Shown: positions 61,086 through 64,000 of the stretch, piece by piece | Layout of the letters: every line of letters starts with the position of its first letter | Numbering within the stretch: the first letter of the stretch is position 1 | From: Eledone cirrhosa | Taxonomy: Eukaryota | Length of the DNA: 64,000 nucleotides | NCBI GenBank assembly: GCA_964016885.1 | Contig: OZ024763.1 | Location: 26,660,001 to 26,724,000 of the forward strand | Direction: 5' to 3' | The notes under the pieces: generated by a model | Told to the model about the DNA's origin: nothing | Seen by the model: only the letters and a program-made list of their open reading frames with translations | Databases searched by the model: none | Made by a program: the position numbers and the translations under genes

Positions 61086-61261
61086 TATTAGAATAACAGA
61101 TTAAATTTTATTTGCTCTATGGATTTTATATATTTGATATATATATATATATTATCCTTATCGAGATCGAGGCCTCTTCGGATTTTAGTCTTCACATTTA
61201 TAATTATTACTGTATGTATATATATATACATATATACATTCCCGTGAATGGCGGGAGTACG

Positions 61262-61304
<43 letters not shown>

Positions 61305-61314
61305 CAGATATATA

Positions 61315-61667
61315 TACAGTGTACTCCCGCCATTCCCGGAATTTTCCTTAGAAACCTAACTAATATTATTCGCGGAATCGTAAATATCTTCCGCGATTTT
61401 TTCAATGGCTTTTTCGTGGCAATATATATATTTTTTAACGCTAAATTAATTATAACAATATACAGTATTTACCGGCCTATTGCACCCCCCTTCATATAAG
61501 ACGCTACCTGTTTTTATAAAATTATAAAAATAAAGTACCAGTAATACACTAGTTAAATGCTGGCCTTGTGCCTAACCTAGAAACAATTATATTTTACGTT
61601 ATATTTTGACGTTTATTCGCGGGTCTTCAAGGACCATAACGTCAGCGAATACCGGATGTTAATTGTA
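61315..61667. mobile_element. pogo/Tigger-like MITE, copy 2, with an inserted SINE tail (~61528-61590)
   Basis: Shares GGAATTTTCCTTAGAAACCTAACTAATA and GCGAATACCG with 30878-31253. It begins TA-CAGT. Confidence 0.6.
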
Positions 61668-61865
61668 TATATATATACACACACAAATAGCAATGACCTC
61701 TACAAGGTCGAGTAATATAAATACTATCCTGTGTTTCAGCCATTTTCCCGTTGTCTTCGCCCAGCCTGTTTTTCAATTAATCAATTATATATATTTATAT
61801 ATATATATATACATATATATACATACACATACATATAATATATATGTATAAGTATATATAAACGG

Positions 61866-61904
<39 letters not shown>

Positions 61905-62731
61905 CCGCTTGTATTTGAATTGTGTGGGACGGGATAAGACTACTACTGTGAACATAATAAAAAATATAAATGCCGATATTTAAAAAATTCTAAAAAAAAA
62001 AAGAAAAATGAATGTATATGTATATATATATAATCAATATATATATATATTGATTATATATATATGTATATATATATAATCAATATATATATATTGATTA
62101 TATATCCAAATATATTAATTATATATATATATGGATTATATATATATATATATATATTTATATATAAATTGTTTTAAGAAATATTTTGTAAAATGAGGAA
62201 AAATATATTTATATTTAATAATAAAACACGAAAATTACCACCATTTTCATCACCCGGGTCGTATGAGGATAAATAAGAAATATAGTAGAAAATAATAAAA
62301 ATAATATTCCATTTGTTGTAGATGTTGTTTTGTAAAAGCACCAGAAGAATGAAAGTTTTTTGTGTTGTAGTTGGAGTGGTAGATGTAGAACGCTTTCTTT
62401 ATCCTTGTAAATTTTTTAAAATATAATAATAATATAATTATTCCTTTGATTAGAAATGTGGTATTACTAAAATATATTGTATATATTGGTCCAATATTCT
62501 TACCAGAATCGTCCGTTTTTATACATTATATCCAACATTTTGAAAAAAAAAATGAGAAAATTTTTACAATCGACCGTGAAAAAGAGATGTAGAAGGCGGG
62601 GGGAGGACGGACCGTTACAGACGACAAACAAGACGCCATTTTGGATTTTTAGATAAAAAAACTTTCCACAATACTGGCGACGACTCGCGGGAGGGGGTTG
62701 TGATGATAAAAACTATATATATATACACGTG

Positions 62732-62880
<149 letters not shown>

Positions 62881-62896
62881 TATATATATATATATA

Positions 62897-62966
<70 letters not shown>

Positions 62967-63081
62967 TATTTATAAAAGAGAAAGAGAAAATAAATTTAAT
63001 CCAACGAAATGAGTGATATATAATATATTTCAATTTTTTTTTGTGGTTTTTTACAAAATTCCAATTTTTCGATGGTCGGAC

Positions 63082-63158
<77 letters not shown>

Positions 63159-64000
63159 GATAAATATAATATATTTATATATGTATGTGTGTGTATATAT
63201 TTATACACATATATACAATTTTTTTTTAAATTTTTGGTATTTCGTGACTGATATCCAAATTTTCATTAGCATTTTGACCTGAACAAGTCAAAAGGAAGTG
63301 TAATTTGTCATTTTTAAAACTGTAGTTGAATTGGCTATGGAAGGACAAAGGAAATAACAAGAGCGAGAGAAAGAGAGATAGAGAGAGAGAAGTAGGGATA
63401 TGTTTTATATACAAGATAGAGCATTGAATATTTTTCTGTGTGGAGGTTTGGTGATGGTGATAGTAGTGGTAGTGGTGGTGGTGGTGGTGGTGGTGGTGGT
63501 TGGTTATCCAGTAGAAAATAAAGCCATGTGTGCCGACATAATTTATCCCAGGCATTCGGGGTTGTTATTTTTTTGTGTTTTGTTTTGTTGTATTCCCTTT
63601 TACCTGTCGTTATTGTATCTTCTAAACAAAAAAAAAAAAATATATATATAGGAAAACCAGCCCCTTTATATATACAATATCTTTCATTCATTTCATACAC
63701 ACTCGACACACTACATATATATATATAATGTTGAATATATATATGTATGTATGTTGAATATATATTATATACGTTCGTACTGATATTTAAAGCCTCGTTA
63801 TTTTGTAAATCTAATTTTTACTCCCATCTTTCTTTCCGACTTATACTACAATACATTATACACACACTCACACATTCACAATATGCCAGCTGAGCGACAA
63901 CCTCTTTATCGGGTTTCGTTTAAGCTGCTTGCTGTCTGTTTAAACAAAGCAGCGAAGGAGAGTAAAGTAGTAGAAAAATGTATGTTTGTTTGTATGTGTG

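Noticed and set aside
63883-63990. Short ORF MPAERQPLYRVSFKLL...
   Set aside because: No recognisable homology or clear splice donor, and it runs into a TG repeat.

Overview
This is eukaryotic, repeat-saturated DNA with no bacterial features. Extreme (TA)n/(CA)n/(CCA)n/(CAT)n density and the tRNA-derived SINE families suggest a cephalopod such as Octopus (inference). Almost all ORFs in the track are microsatellite artefacts. Recognisable coding remnants are a Penelope-like (PLE) GIY-YIG endonuclease fragment (15947-16363, -), an L1/Tx1-type zf-RVT C-terminus (21377-21935, -; second remnant at ~48.0 kb) and a restriction-like-endonuclease LINE tail (~51.7-51.85 kb). Also present are two tRNA-SINE families, a non-autonomous Helitron, pogo/Tigger-like MITEs and many mini/microsatellites. 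The main hidden signal is about 16 sequence-diverse minimal type I hammerhead ribozyme motifs with an intact CUGANGA...GAAA...UH core, plus several decayed ones, on both strands. They sit in short elements inserted in (TA)n tracts. Many of these elements carry a fold-back inverted copy of their own 3' end, several centred on hammerhead helix II. Three otherwise dissimilar families share a small bulged 3' hairpin (ACUC-URC-loop-GUA-UU-GAGU). All structures were folded by eye, none is experimentally or computationally verified, and repeat boundaries are approximate.
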